A stretch of DNA of 64,000 bases from an uncultured delta proteobacterium (GCA_963822965.1 CAWGJT010000005.1:1856001-1920000), one strand, 5' to 3'. Positions 8,623 through 19,196 are shown, counted from the stretch's first letter. Notes: generated by a model not told the origin, from the sequence alone. Program-made: numbers and translations.

Positions 8623-9656
8623 AACCGGTCCGCCGGCCAGTAGACGAAGTTCTCCGGGGGCAGGACCCGCTTCAGGAACTCGGTCGGCGTCTCGTCGGAT
8701 CGGACGGAAACCTCCAGCCTCGTCCCCAGGGCCTCGGCGTCCAGGCACAGGAGCATATTGGTGGGATCGTCCACCACCTGGGCGCTGATGCCCCGTTGCT
8801 CCAGGGAGACGGTGAGCGGCAGGTCGTCGAAGGAGGGCAGCAGCAACGCCTCTCGCAGCGCGTCCGAAGACTGGTCCGCGCGGCACAGGACGTCGGGCTG
8901 GCGCGTCCGCAGCTCGGCGTCGATCAGCTCGGCGAGGGGCTCGGCGTCGTCGTCCCGGGAGAGCTCGGTGACGACGAGCTTGCCGAAGATGCGGGCCAGC
9001 CGGAGGTGCGCCACCAGCACCCCGCGACGGCGGGCCACCACCAGCTCCTCGTCCGGATTGCCCGCCAGCTCGAAGGACGCCTCCCACAGGGCGTCGTCGC
9101 GCACCACGGTGCCGCTGCGCGACCGGGAGTACCCCGCCTGCAGGGCCTTCACGTCCTCGAGATCGCGATCCCACTCGAAGCGGGAGATCTCGACGTCCGG
9201 GTCTCGCCGAGCCGCGGGCCGCGGCGACTCGGCGCGGCGCATCCAGGCGCGCTGGCTCTTCCAGGACGCGAACCCGTACCGTCCGTAGAAGTCGAACCGG
9301 CTCGAGAAGAGGAGCGAGAGCTCCATGCCCCGGGCGCGCATGGCCGAGAGCGCCTGCTCGAGCACGCGGCCGCCGAGCCCCTCCCCGCGCCGGGACGGGC
9401 GGGTGAACACGCTGCCGACGCCGCCCGTCGGCACGGGATGATCGAGCACCCGCACTTCCCGGGGAAAGATCTGGACCGTCGAGAGGAGCTGGTCGCCTTC
9501 CGCGGCCACCCAGACGTTCTCGTCCGCGTAGGTCGGATCGTGCAGGGGCCAGCGCGCGAAGAAGTCCCGACCCGTCCAGCCGTCCGGCATCTCCCAGCCG
9601 TCCAGCAGGTCGAGCCAGGCGTCCCGCTCGCCGGCCTCGAGGGTTCGGATCTCCAT
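8619..9656 (-). CDS. GNAT N-acetyltransferase (Eis-like N-terminal domain)
   Basis: GGVGSVFTRPSRRGEGLG and FYGRYGF motifs. Confidence 0.8.
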   Translation of the reverse strand: MEIRTLEAGERDAWLDLLDGWEMPDGWTGRDFFARWPLHDPTYADENVWVAAEGDQLLSTVQIFPREVRVLDHPVPTGGVGSVFTRPSRRGEGLGGRVLEQALSAMRARGMELSLLFSSRFDFYGRYGFASWKSQRAWMRRAESPRPAARRDPDVEISRFEWDRDLEDVKALQAGYSRSRSGTVVRDDALWEASFELAGNPDEELVVARRRGVLVAHLRLARIFGKLVVTELSRDDDAEPLAELIDAELRTRQPDVLCRADQSSDALREALLLPSFDDLPLTVSLEQRGISAQVVDDPTNMLLCLDAEALGTRLEVSVRSDETPTEFLKRVLPPENFVYWPADRF

Positions 9657-9679
9657 CCGGCGGTCAGTATACTGCCGGC

Positions 9680-10000
9680 ATGTCCGAAGCCCGCAGCGTC
9701 TACCGGGAGGCCTTCCAGCACTTCGCCAAGGGCGAGCTGGACGACGCCATCGCCGGCTACCACCGCGCCATCGAGATCGACGAGAGCCTGGCGATCGCCT
9801 GGAACGGCCTCTCGATGGCCCTCGCCCAACAAGGCAACCTCGACGAGGCCATCGACGCGGCAAAGCGCCTCGTGGAGCTGGAGCCCAAGGATCCGCTGAG
9901 CCACACGAACCTGTCGCGCCTGCTGCAGCAGAAGGGCCTCATTCCGGAGGCCGAGGAGGCCATGGCGACCGCGACCCGCCTGCAGATGGGTCCCGGCTGA
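9680..10000 (+). CDS. small TPR protein
   Basis: TPR periodicity (AWNGLSMALAQQGNLDEAI). Confidence 0.8.
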   Translation: MSEARSVYREAFQHFAKGELDDAIAGYHRAIEIDESLAIAWNGLSMALAQQGNLDEAIDAAKRLVELEPKDPLSHTNLSRLLQQKGLIPEAEEAMATATRLQMGPG

Positions 10001-10057
10001 ATCCCGCTCAGGCTTCGTTATTTCGAGCCGCAACGCCCGCTCCCGCCGGAGGCCCCC

Positions 10058-10723
10058 ATGAGTGACGCACTGAAATCCCTGGGGCTGAGCCCCGATCTGC
10101 ACGCCTACCTGGTGGAGCACGGAACGCCGCCCGACCCGATCCTGCGCGAGCTCGCGGAGGTGACCCGCGAGCGCATCGGGGGCATGGCGCTCATGCAGAT
10201 CGCTCCCGAGCAGGGCACGTTCATGACGCTCCTCACCCGGCTCGTCGGCGCGAAGAACGCCGTCGAGGTGGGCACCTTCACGGGCTACTCGGCGCTGTGC
10301 ATCGCCCGCGGCCTGCCCAGCGACGGCCGGCTCCTGTGCTGCGACGTGAGCGAGGAGTGGACGAGCATCGGGCGGCCGTTCTGGGAGAAGGCCGGGGTCG
10401 CTGACCGCATCGATCTGCGCATCGCGCCCGCCCTCGACACCCTGCGCGAGCTGCCCCGGGAACGCCACGTGGACCTGGCGTTCATCGACGCCGACAAGCC
10501 CAACTACGCCAACTACTACGAAGAGCTGCTGCCGCGCATGCGACAGGGCGGCCTGTTGCTGGTGGACAACGTGCTCTGGGGCGGCGGCGTCATCGACGAC
10601 AGCCGCCAGGACGAGAGCACCCTGGCGATTCGCGCCTTCAACGACCTGGTCGCCGGGGACGACCGCGTGGAGGCGGTGATGCTTCCGGTCTCCGACGGCC
10701 TCACCCTGGTGCGGGTACGCTGA
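10058..10723 (+). CDS. class I SAM-dependent O-methyltransferase (CCoAOMT-like)
   Basis: EVGTFTGYS, FIDADK, DNVLWGG. Confidence 0.92.
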   Translation: MSDALKSLGLSPDLHAYLVEHGTPPDPILRELAEVTRERIGGMALMQIAPEQGTFMTLLTRLVGAKNAVEVGTFTGYSALCIARGLPSDGRLLCCDVSEEWTSIGRPFWEKAGVADRIDLRIAPALDTLRELPRERHVDLAFIDADKPNYANYYEELLPRMRQGGLLLVDNVLWGGGVIDDSRQDESTLAIRAFNDLVAGDDRVEAVMLPVSDGLTLVRVR

Positions 10724-10789
10724 CGCCCGCGTCTCCCGGCCCTGTCCGCACGGGCCCGATGACCGGATCGAGAGGAACGCGGAGCCGCC

Positions 10790-11695
10790 CTGTCCTGGTT
10801 CGACTGGTACCCCGCCTACGAGTACCGCCTGGCCTCGACGCAGCTCGCCCTGGCCATGCTGGGCATGGGTGCGCTGCTGCGGCCGGTGGACTTCGCGGCG
10901 CTGCTGCGCAGCCCGCGCGCGCTGTCGGTGGGACTCGCGGTCCAGCTCGTCGGGGTGCCGCTGGTGGCGTTCGGGCTGGGACGCCTGCTGCCGGTGCCGG
11001 CGGGCATCGCCGCCGGGCTCGTGCTGGTCGCGGCGGTGCCCGGGGGCACCATGTCCAACGTCGTGACGCACCTGGGCCGCGGCAACATCGCGCTCTCCAT
11101 CTCGCTCACCGGCCTCACGACGGTGATGGCCCTGGTCATGACCCCCGCCCTGCTGCGGCTCTTCGTGGGCGAGTTCCTGCCCGCCGACTTCGAGATGCCC
11201 GTGGCCCGGGTGGCCTGGGAGATCGGCGTCACCCTGCTGCTGCCCCTGGCGGTGGGCATGGCGGTGGGCGCCCGCTTCCAGCCCTGGCGCGGCGTCTTCT
11301 CGCTGTGGTGCATCCGCGGGAGCCTGGCCGCCATCGGGGTCATGATCGTGGGCGCGGCCGGCAGCGGTCGCGTGGACGCCACCGCCTACGGACCGATGGG
11401 ACTGCTCGCGATCCTCGCCCTCTCGGGCGCCGCCCAAGCGCTCGCGTGGATCGTCTGCCGGGCGACGGGCCTGACGGCCGCGGACCGGCTCGCGGTGCTC
11501 GTCGAGGCGACCATCCGCAACACCAACCTCGGCGTGCTCGTCAAGGCGTCCCTGTTCCCCGCCGAGGCGGGTCGGGTGGATCCCATCGGCGACGCCATGT
11601 TCTTCGCGGTGCTCCTCTACGGGGGCGCAGCCGTGCTGTTCGCGGCGCCCCCGGTGGTGCTGGCGCGACGCGCCCGGACCACGGCGTCAGCCTGA
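10790..11695 (+). CDS. bile acid:sodium symporter family transporter (start uncertain: CTG 10790 or ATG 10856)
   Basis: AMLGMG, PGGTMSNV, ALSISLT, IRNTNLG motifs. Confidence 0.8.
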   Translation: MSWFDWYPAYEYRLASTQLALAMLGMGALLRPVDFAALLRSPRALSVGLAVQLVGVPLVAFGLGRLLPVPAGIAAGLVLVAAVPGGTMSNVVTHLGRGNIALSISLTGLTTVMALVMTPALLRLFVGEFLPADFEMPVARVAWEIGVTLLLPLAVGMAVGARFQPWRGVFSLWCIRGSLAAIGVMIVGAAGSGRVDATAYGPMGLLAILALSGAAQALAWIVCRATGLTAADRLAVLVEATIRNTNLGVLVKASLFPAEAGRVDPIGDAMFFAVLLYGGAAVLFAAPPVVLARRARTTASA

Positions 11696-12262
11696 GCGGG
11701 CCCCGCGCAGCAGCCGAGCGGTGCACTCCGCCACCCAGCCACCGTGGGCCCGGCAGGCGACGAGATGATCCTCGGTGGGGCCGGCACGTCCCGAGCGCGG
11801 GTTGGTCCAGGCTACCGGCCCCCAGTGACAGCCCGCCGAGGCGAAGCCCGGCAGGCGGTTGTGCATCGGCACCAGCAGCATCCCGTGCTCGGCGAGGTTC
11901 GCCAGCAGGCCGACCAGGGCCAGCTCGGCGCCCCCGCGCGCCCCGGCGCCGGCGGAGCAGAAGGCGGCACCCACCTTGCCGACGAGCGTCCCCTGCATCC
12001 ACAGGGGCGCGCAGCGCTCGAAGAAGGCGCGCATGGACGACTCCATGCCGCCCATGTGCACCCCGGACCCCAGCACGAGGGCGTCGATGGACTCGAGGTC
12101 GCCGGGCTGCGCGTCCTCGGCTCGCTTGACGAGGGTGTCCGCCTGCGACTCCCGCGCGCCCTGCGCGAAGGCTTCCGCCAGGCGCGCGGTGCGGCCGGTC
12201 TGGGAGGCCACCACCACCAGAATCCTCGCGGCTGCGGGCGCCGGCGCCCCGGGTGCGCTCAT
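11687..12262 (-). CDS. flavodoxin-like / WrbA family protein
   Basis: SQTGRTARLA, LVLGS, GKVGAAFCS. Confidence 0.8.
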   Translation of the reverse strand: MSAPGAPAPAAARILVVVASQTGRTARLAEAFAQGARESQADTLVKRAEDAQPGDLESIDALVLGSGVHMGGMESSMRAFFERCAPLWMQGTLVGKVGAAFCSAGAGARGGAELALVGLLANLAEHGMLLVPMHNRLPGFASAGCHWGPVAWTNPRSGRAGPTEDHLVACRAHGGWVAECTARLLRGARSG

Positions 12263-13209
12263 CGCCCGCACACCTGGTCGAGGACGCGCCGGAAGTCCTC
12301 CGGGTCCGGGCTCTCGGCCTCGATCTCCTCGAAGCGCACCCGGGCGGCGTGCAGCATCTGGCGCGGGGCGCCGAACGCGAGCGCCCGCTCGTCGCCGTAG
12401 AGGGCATCTCCCAGCACCGGGTGGCCCAGGTGGGCGAGGGTGACTCGGATCTGGTGCAGGAAGCCGGTCTCGATCCGCACCTCGACCAGGCTGGTGCCCG
12501 TGAAGCGCTCCAGCACCCGGACCGTCTGGCGTACCGGATAGGTGCGGGGCGGGCTCTGCCACGAGCCGTCCACCACCCGCACCCGCGCCGGGCGATGACG
12601 CACCACGGCCACCTCGAACGTCATGGCCCCCTCGTGGCGCTCGGGCACCTCGCCGGCCACGAGGGCGCGGTAGACCTTCTCCAGCCGGTGCTCCCGGAAG
12701 GCGGCCCGCAGTCGTTCCCAGGCCGCGTCTTGGGTGGCCAGGAGCAGGACACCGCTGGTGTCCACGTCGAGCCGGTGAACGACACCGCTCCGGAGCCCGC
12801 CCTCCCCCACGCCGTGGATCTCCGGGTGCGCGGCGATCACCGCGTTCAGCACGGTACCCGTCTCGCCCTCCTGGAGGGGGTGCACGGGCGTGCCGGCGGG
12901 CTTGTCCACGGCGAGCCAGCCGGAGCCCCGGGCCAGCACGTGGAGCGGCTCGGCCGGACGCGCTCGCTGGTCCTCCGGGCGGCGGAAGCGCCCGATCTCG
13001 AGACGGCCCTCGGCGGGAAGCGACAGCCCCTTGTCGCCGTAGCCCAGGGTGCGGCCGCCGAGGGAGACGAGCCCGTCCGCCAGCAGCTGGCGGGCCTGGG
13101 AGCGCGAGATGCCCAGGGCGTCCACCAGGAAGCGGTCGAGCCGAACCCCGGCGTCTCCGTCCCCGAGGGCGATCGTCGAGGCTTCGGGAGCCTGCTCCAC
13201 GGAGGGCAT
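12259..13209 (-). CDS. RluA/RluD family pseudouridine synthase
   Basis: S4-like RLDRFL, VHRLDVDTSG catalytic motif, HQIRV, GDALYG. Confidence 0.92.
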   Translation of the reverse strand: MPSVEQAPEASTIALGDGDAGVRLDRFLVDALGISRSQARQLLADGLVSLGGRTLGYGDKGLSLPAEGRLEIGRFRRPEDQRARPAEPLHVLARGSGWLAVDKPAGTPVHPLQEGETGTVLNAVIAAHPEIHGVGEGGLRSGVVHRLDVDTSGVLLLATQDAAWERLRAAFREHRLEKVYRALVAGEVPERHEGAMTFEVAVVRHRPARVRVVDGSWQSPPRTYPVRQTVRVLERFTGTSLVEVRIETGFLHQIRVTLAHLGHPVLGDALYGDERALAFGAPRQMLHAARVRFEEIEAESPDPEDFRRVLDQVCGR

Positions 13210-13296
13210 CGCGCGATTGTACGCGGCGGGGGCTCGCTCGACAGGCCCGCGCGGCCTCGGGTACCCTCGCTGGCCACGATTCGAGGCGTCGGGACC

Positions 13297-13389
13297 ATGA
13301 TCGATCGACGAAATCGACGGAACAGGCAACACGCCAAGCGCCGGATCATCGGGATTATGGGCCCGCGGCCCGGATCCCGTCCCGACTAG
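13297..13389 (+). CDS. putative attenuator leader peptide (30 aa, IIGI)
   Basis: MIDRRNRRNRQHAKRRIIGIMGPRPGSRPD*, directly upstream of a hairpin and cimA. Confidence 0.7.
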   Translation: MIDRRNRRNRQHAKRRIIGIMGPRPGSRPD

Positions 13390-13446
13390 CGCGACGAGGC
13401 GAATCCGAAGGCCGCGGGAACCCGATCCTGCGGCCTTCGTGCTTCT
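13362..13446 (+). promoter_or_regulatory. attenuator: antiterminator (13362-13375 pairs with 13403-13418) versus terminator (13406-13439)
   Basis: CGAAGGCCGCGGGA...TCCTGCGGCCTTCG stem followed by TGCTTCT; CCCGCGGCCCGGAT is complementary to its 5' arm. Confidence 0.7.
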
Positions 13447-13540
13447 GAGTGTCTGCCCCCCAGAACCGAACTCCGCGGGGACCCCGAGATCCCTGGACCC
13501 TGGCCTTCGAGGCCTGACGGAAACGCGGAGAGCGAAGAAG

Positions 13541-15211
13541 ATGAGCCAGACCGAACGAAGCACGCACCCCATCGCCGTCATGGACACCACCCTGCGGGAC
13601 GGCGAGCAGACCCCGAACGTCTCCTACACACCGGAAGAGAAGCAACAGCTCGCCCGGCTCATGCTGTGCGACCTCGAGGTGGATCGCATCGAGATCGCCT
13701 CGACCCGGGTCTCCGAGGGCGAGGCCGAGGCGGCGGCACGCATCACCGCCTGGGCCCGCAAGGCGCGGGTCCTGCAGCGTGTCGAGATACTGGGCTACAG
13801 CGACGGCGACCAGTCCGTGGACTGGATCGCGAGCGCGGGCGGCAAGGTGATGAACCTGCTCACCAAGGGCTCGGAGAAGCACTGCCTCGGGCAGCTGCGC
13901 ATGAGCCCCGAGCAGCACCGGGCCCGGGTGCGGGAGACGATCCGCTACGCGCTCCGCAAGCGCCTGACCGTGAACGTGTATCTCGAGGACTGGTCGACGG
14001 GCGTGCGCGAGTCCTTCGACTACGTGTTCGCGATGGTCCAGATGCTGCGCGAGCTGCGGGTGGCGCGAGTGTACCTGCCCGACACCCTCGGGATCCTCGA
14101 TCCCGAAGGGGTGACGCGCTACGTCGGGCTCATGACGCAGACCTGGCCGGCGGTGGACTTCGAGTTCCACGGCCACAACGACTACAGCCTGGCCACCGCC
14201 AACTGCCTGGCGGCGGTGCGCGCCGGGGCGCGGGGCATCCACACCAGCGTCAACAGCATGGGCGAGCGGGCCGGCAACAGCTGCCTCGCCGAGGCGGTGG
14301 CCGCCATCCACGACCACACGGAGTTCCGCACCGGCGTGAACGAGTCGCGCCTGTTCGCGGTCTCCCGCATGGTGGAGACGTTCAGCGGCAAGGACGTCGC
14401 CGCCAACGCGCCCATCGTCGGCCGCGACGTGTTCACCCAGACGGCGGGCATCCACGCGGACGGCGACGCCAAGGGCGATCTCTACGCCAGTCGGCTGCTG
14501 CCGGCACGCTTCGGCCGCACCCGGCGCTATGCGCTCGGCAAGCTCTCGGGCAAGGCGTCCCTGGACCACAATCTCGCCGCCCTCGGCATCGAGCTCTCGG
14601 ACGCCGACCGCGACCAGGTGCTGAAGCGCGTGATCGAGCTGGGCGACAAGAAGAACCAGATCTCCGCGGAAGACCTGCCCTTCATCATCACCGACGTGCT
14701 CAAGCGGCCGGGCGAGCAGCTGCTGCGGATCGCCTCGTGGCGGGTGTTCGTCTCCAACGACGAGACGCCCCGGGCCGAGGTCGCACTCTCCTACCAGGGT
14801 CGGGTGGAGAAGGCAGAGGCCGAGGGAGACGGCGGCTACGACTCGCTGATGAACGCCATCCGCAAGGCCGTGAAGCCCTTCGAGGTGGAGATCCCGCGTC
14901 TCGAGGACTTCCGCTCGCGAATCCCGCCGGGCGGCCGCACCGGCGCCCTCGTCGAGACGGTGATCACCTGGCGCAAGGAGGCGACCGGCACCGGCACGTC
15001 CCGGCGAACCCAGCGACGCGGCAGCGAGACCTTCTCGACCCTGGGCGTCGACTCGGACCAGCTCACGGCGGCGGTGATCGCGACCGAGAAGATGCTGAAC
15101 GCCATCCTGCCCCGGAACGAGCCCGAGAAGCCCGCCCCCCGGAGCGTGCGGAAGCGCCGCGCCCCGGCGGCCGCCCGCAAGGGACGCAGCTCGCGCGGGG
15201 GGCGTGGGTGA
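13541..15211 (+). CDS. cimA: (R)-citramalate synthase, Leptospira/Bacteroidetes type
   Basis: DTTLRDGEQ, NLLTKGS, NVYLEDWS, FHGHNDY, TQTAGIHADGD, YALGKLSGKAS. Confidence 0.82.
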   Translation: MSQTERSTHPIAVMDTTLRDGEQTPNVSYTPEEKQQLARLMLCDLEVDRIEIASTRVSEGEAEAAARITAWARKARVLQRVEILGYSDGDQSVDWIASAGGKVMNLLTKGSEKHCLGQLRMSPEQHRARVRETIRYALRKRLTVNVYLEDWSTGVRESFDYVFAMVQMLRELRVARVYLPDTLGILDPEGVTRYVGLMTQTWPAVDFEFHGHNDYSLATANCLAAVRAGARGIHTSVNSMGERAGNSCLAEAVAAIHDHTEFRTGVNESRLFAVSRMVETFSGKDVAANAPIVGRDVFTQTAGIHADGDAKGDLYASRLLPARFGRTRRYALGKLSGKASLDHNLAALGIELSDADRDQVLKRVIELGDKKNQISAEDLPFIITDVLKRPGEQLLRIASWRVFVSNDETPRAEVALSYQGRVEKAEAEGDGGYDSLMNAIRKAVKPFEVEIPRLEDFRSRIPPGGRTGALVETVITWRKEATGTGTSRRTQRRGSETFSTLGVDSDQLTAAVIATEKMLNAILPRNEPEKPAPRSVRKRRAPAAARKGRSSRGGRG

Positions 15212-16186
15212 GGCACGGCCTGCGCCGGCAGCTCGCCCCGCTCGCCCTGTGCCTCGGGCTCACCCCGCTGCTGGCGGCCTGCCAGTCGCTCCAGGAGAAG
15301 AAGGAAGAAGCGACCTACGAGCCCACCGAGAGCGTGATCGAGGTGGTGGCCGTGCTGCGGCGCCACGTGCCGGACGACACGTACCGCTTCCCGCCCGGCA
15401 CCGACTTCAGCGGGCGCAACGTGTATCGCTCCTCGCTGCTGCGGCTCGAGAACCTCGAGCAGCTGCACGAGGGCAGCCTGCGCGCCGGCCATCTCGACCC
15501 GGTCATCGCCTTCTCCAAGGCGCGCGCCCTCGAGCGGCTGCGCGCCTACGACCTGGCCGCCCAGCACTTCGACCGCGCGCGCGAGCAACGAGACCCTGCG
15601 TGCGGACGCCGAACGCGGCGCCCGGCTGAACGCCGCCATCGCCCAGGCCCTGCGCGTGGGCCTCGACCTGCACGACCCGATGAGCGGCGACGCCGTGCTG
15701 CCCGTGGACCCCGACGACGTGGTGGCCGGCCTCGACACACGCATCTCCCAGCTCGCGGCGCTGCTGCGCGACGACCCGCCGCCCCCCTACCCGGCGATCC
15801 TGCGCGAGGAGATCGAGCGGGCCGACGTCACCCGGGCCCGCTACTTCACCGCCATGCGCCAGGTCCTCCCCGACGGCAACCTGCGCGCGGTCGCCGAGTG
15901 GCAGCGCGTGCTCGCGCGTCACGAGTCGAGCAAGCTCGAGCGCCGACACATGATCGAGACGGCCAACCTCTACGCGGAGCTGGCGCGCGAGTACGTGATC
16001 GCGAAGCCTCCCGAGAGCCTCGACTTCGATCCCCCGATGTTCCGCGAGCTGGTGGACGGCGCCACGCACCTCTACGAAGCGGTGGCCCACCAGGACGGCA
16101 CGCCGGAGAAGATCGAGGCCGCCCGTCGCCTCGAGGCCTTCCTCGCCTTCACCCTGCAGGTGGACAGTGAACGCTTCTCGCAGTGA
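15208..16186 (+). CDS. unknown helical lipoprotein, frameshifted near 15585
   Basis: GTGA overlap with cimA stop; lipobox LAAC; coding-like codon usage switches frame at cgcgcgcgcgagcaacgag into ORF 15656-16186. Confidence 0.65.
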
Positions 16187-18623
16187 ACGCTTCCGCGTGC
16201 GGGGCTGCGGCTTCCGCAGCCTGGCCGTCGCGCTGCTGGCCGCGGCGTGCGCGGGAGCCGGCTGCCACACGCCCACGCCCACCACGGGCTTCGAGCTGCT
16301 GGCGCCCACGGCCCTGCCCGAGCCGACCCCGCCGACGCCCCTGGACCACGCGGTAGCCGATCTCGCCGCAGCCACCCTGGCCGGCTCGACGCCCGAGATC
16401 GACGACGCCCTCGCGCGCGTCGAGGCGCTGCACACCAGGAAGGACATCGAGGAAGCCCGCCGCGAGGGGAGTCCGCCCATGGAGGGGCTCGTGCCCCTGT
16501 GCATCGACGCCCGCAACGCCGCGCTGGACGATCCGGTCGCCTACCGCGCCGCCTCGAAGGAGCTGCTGCATTCGTGGTCGCTGCATCCCGATCCGGCCCT
16601 GAAGGCGCGGCTCGAGCAGGCGGTCGCCGACGACCCCCTGAAGCTCGCGAGCGAGCGCACCTGGGACCACTACGAGAGCCTGTGGGCGACCACCTTCAAC
16701 ACGATCGTGGAGCCCGTGGGCGGCTCGCTCATGTGGGGCGTCGCGATCGCCCCCTTTCGGCTCGCCAACAGCATCACCAACTACCTGGCCAACATGTACT
16801 CGCGTCCCGCCATGAGCGTGCAGGAGCGCCAGGCCCTGGCGCTGCGCAAGCTCTACCTGGCCGAGTATCCCGATGCCTCCGACGCCCCGGCGGTGCGCGA
16901 GAAGGTGAAGAGCCAGCAGGCCGAGCTCGACCGCATGCAGGGCAAGCAGTTCGCCGAGGAGGCCTCCCGGTCGCTGGCGGCCGGCGACCTCGAGCTGGCG
17001 GAGCTGCAGGCGGACCGCGCCCTGCAGGTCGATCCGGACAACGCCGACGCGCGCACGCTGATCGCCGTGGCCCGCAACCGCCGCGAGCAGCTCGAGAAGC
17101 TTCGCGAGCGGAGCGAGCAGGCCAGCCGCGCCCTGCCGGAAGACCTCGAGCCCGGCGCGCTGGACGAGGCGGCTCTGCCGAACGGCGATCACGCCCTGGC
17201 AGACCTCCTCTCTTCGCTCCTCGCCTCCACGAACGTCGGCGAGGCGAGCCACGTGCGCGGCGAACAGGACCCCGCGCGACGCCTCGCGGAGCAGCACCGC
17301 CTCGAGCGTCTCATCGACCAGATGCGCATCCTGCAGAACGCGGACCCGGAAGGGCACCTGGCCGACGAGGCCGAGTACGTGCTGGCCCTCGCCCAGTACG
17401 ACCTGGGCTTCGAGGACGAGAGCTGGAGGAAGCTGCACGACCTCGCCCATGCGGACCCCGAGAGATCGAACATGGAGCGCCACGCCCGGGCGCTCGTCGA
17501 CAACCCCTGGCAGAACACCTACGGCAACTTCGCGCGCCAGCGGCAGCGCGCCACCCGCAAGGACCTCTCCTTCCGGCTCTTCGGCACCCAGGCGTTCGGA
17601 CGGCGCTACCCCGAGCTGCCGTTCGGGCTCTCGTACCTCGTCGAGGCGCCTTCTATCGCCCAGGCCCTGGTGATGGCCCCCATCCGCGCCGTCTTCGGAC
17701 CGTGGGAGCCGCCGGGCCAGGACTTCGACCGGGCGTCGGCCGTCGCCGGCTACCGCTACCTGGCGCGTCAGCCCGAAGGCGGACACGCCGACCGGGTGGC
17801 GCTCTGGCTCTACGACTACGAGCTCGAGCGCAAGAACTGGGTGGCCGCGCTGAACCTCTACGACCTGCAGCCCACGACCGACGACCTGGAGCGCATCACC
17901 CTGGTCGAGAAGGCGGCCGACCAGCAGCTCGCGGCGGCCGACCGCGCCGGGCGGCGCGACTGGCGGGGCTCGATCCTGCGCGGTGTCGTGCGGGAGTTCC
18001 CGGACTCGGACGCGGGCCTGGAGGCGGGCTGGCGCCTGCGGCGCGAGCTCGAGAGCCTCTCGCCCCAGCGCATCCGCGTGACGAAGTCGTTCCTGCTGGA
18101 GAACCCGGACGTCGCCGGGCCCTACGGGCTGGCCCTCAACCCGGTGCTGCTGGACGGCAACCTCCACAACGGCGAGCTGCACCCGACGGGCGTCACGTTC
18201 CTGGGCGGCCAGGTGATGGAGTTCGCGCTCGTCGCCCCGAGCGGCGACGAGGACGACCCGCCGGTGAGCGTGCGGCAGGACGTGACGCCGGAGCGGCTGG
18301 CCCACACCGTCGCCATGCTCGACGAGACGGTGCTGCTGAACGACCAGATCGACGAGGGGGACGCCGTCAGGCCCGACGCCTTCCGCGACTACTACATGGA
18401 GCGCGCCCGCCTGGGGCTCGCCGCCCGGCCGGACATGCGCGCCTCGGCCGAGTCCGACTACGTCTACGAGAGCCTGCGCGAGCAATACGGCATGGTGCGC
18501 GGGCGCGACTCGATCCTGCCGTTCGACCTGGTGTTCCAGGGGTCGCTCTTCGACCTGAGCCTCGGCGCGTTCCCGCGCTGGCGACAGCCGAAGGAGACCC
18601 CCGACGCCTTCCTGTACCGCTAA
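16167..18623 (+). CDS. large unknown lipoprotein with TPR-like helical repeats
   Basis: 818-aa ORF with strong GC3 bias; signal/lipobox LLAAACAGAGC; ADRALQVDPDNADA. Confidence 0.7.
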   Translation: MNASRSERFRVRGCGFRSLAVALLAAACAGAGCHTPTPTTGFELLAPTALPEPTPPTPLDHAVADLAAATLAGSTPEIDDALARVEALHTRKDIEEARREGSPPMEGLVPLCIDARNAALDDPVAYRAASKELLHSWSLHPDPALKARLEQAVADDPLKLASERTWDHYESLWATTFNTIVEPVGGSLMWGVAIAPFRLANSITNYLANMYSRPAMSVQERQALALRKLYLAEYPDASDAPAVREKVKSQQAELDRMQGKQFAEEASRSLAAGDLELAELQADRALQVDPDNADARTLIAVARNRREQLEKLRERSEQASRALPEDLEPGALDEAALPNGDHALADLLSSLLASTNVGEASHVRGEQDPARRLAEQHRLERLIDQMRILQNADPEGHLADEAEYVLALAQYDLGFEDESWRKLHDLAHADPERSNMERHARALVDNPWQNTYGNFARQRQRATRKDLSFRLFGTQAFGRRYPELPFGLSYLVEAPSIAQALVMAPIRAVFGPWEPPGQDFDRASAVAGYRYLARQPEGGHADRVALWLYDYELERKNWVAALNLYDLQPTTDDLERITLVEKAADQQLAAADRAGRRDWRGSILRGVVREFPDSDAGLEAGWRLRRELESLSPQRIRVTKSFLLENPDVAGPYGLALNPVLLDGNLHNGELHPTGVTFLGGQVMEFALVAPSGDEDDPPVSVRQDVTPERLAHTVAMLDETVLLNDQIDEGDAVRPDAFRDYYMERARLGLAARPDMRASAESDYVYESLREQYGMVRGRDSILPFDLVFQGSLFDLSLGAFPRWRQPKETPDAFLYR

Positions 18624-18725
18624 CAGCGCGACCCAGGACGAAGGCCTGGGTCGCGGTTCACCGCAAGGGGAGCCCAACGAGCTCCCTCAGCCAACCGGCC
18701 ATCCGGCCTCCGAGGAGGACCACCC

Positions 18726-19196
18726 GTGCCCCCGATCGCTCGCGTCGTGCTCGCCCTTGTCGTGCTCGCGCTCGTCATCCAGATCGTGCCGTACGGACGC
18801 GATCACCAGAACCCGCCGGTGAAGGCGGAGCCTCAGTGGGACAGCCCCCGCACGCGCGAGCTCTTCTTCCGCACCTGCAAGGACTGCCACAGCAACGAGA
18901 CCGAGTGGCCGTGGTACAGCGTCGTCGCGCCGGCCTCCTGGCTCGTGTGGCACGACGTGGACGAAGGGCGCGAGCACTTCGACGTCTCGGAGTGGGGCCG
19001 CCGCAAGAACCACGGCGACGAGGCGGCGAAGATGGTGCGCGAGGACGAGATGCCGCCGTGGTTCTACCTGCCCCTCCACCCGGAGGCCCAGCTCACCAGC
19101 GCCGAGCGGAAGGAGCTGCTGACCGGCCTCGTGGCCACCTTCGGAGACGAGGAGGCGGAGAAGGCCGAGAAGGCCGCACGCGCCCCGGGCTCCTGA
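18726..19196 (+). CDS. heme-binding c-type cytochrome domain protein (Haem_bd)
   Basis: [19 protein letters not shown] and MPP..Y..LHPEA motifs. Confidence 0.88.
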   Translation: MPPIARVVLALVVLALVIQIVPYGRDHQNPPVKAEPQWDSPRTRELFFRTCKDCHSNETEWPWYSVVAPASWLVWHDVDEGREHFDVSEWGRRKNHGDEAAKMVREDEMPPWFYLPLHPEAQLTSAERKELLTGLVATFGDEEAEKAEKAARAPGS

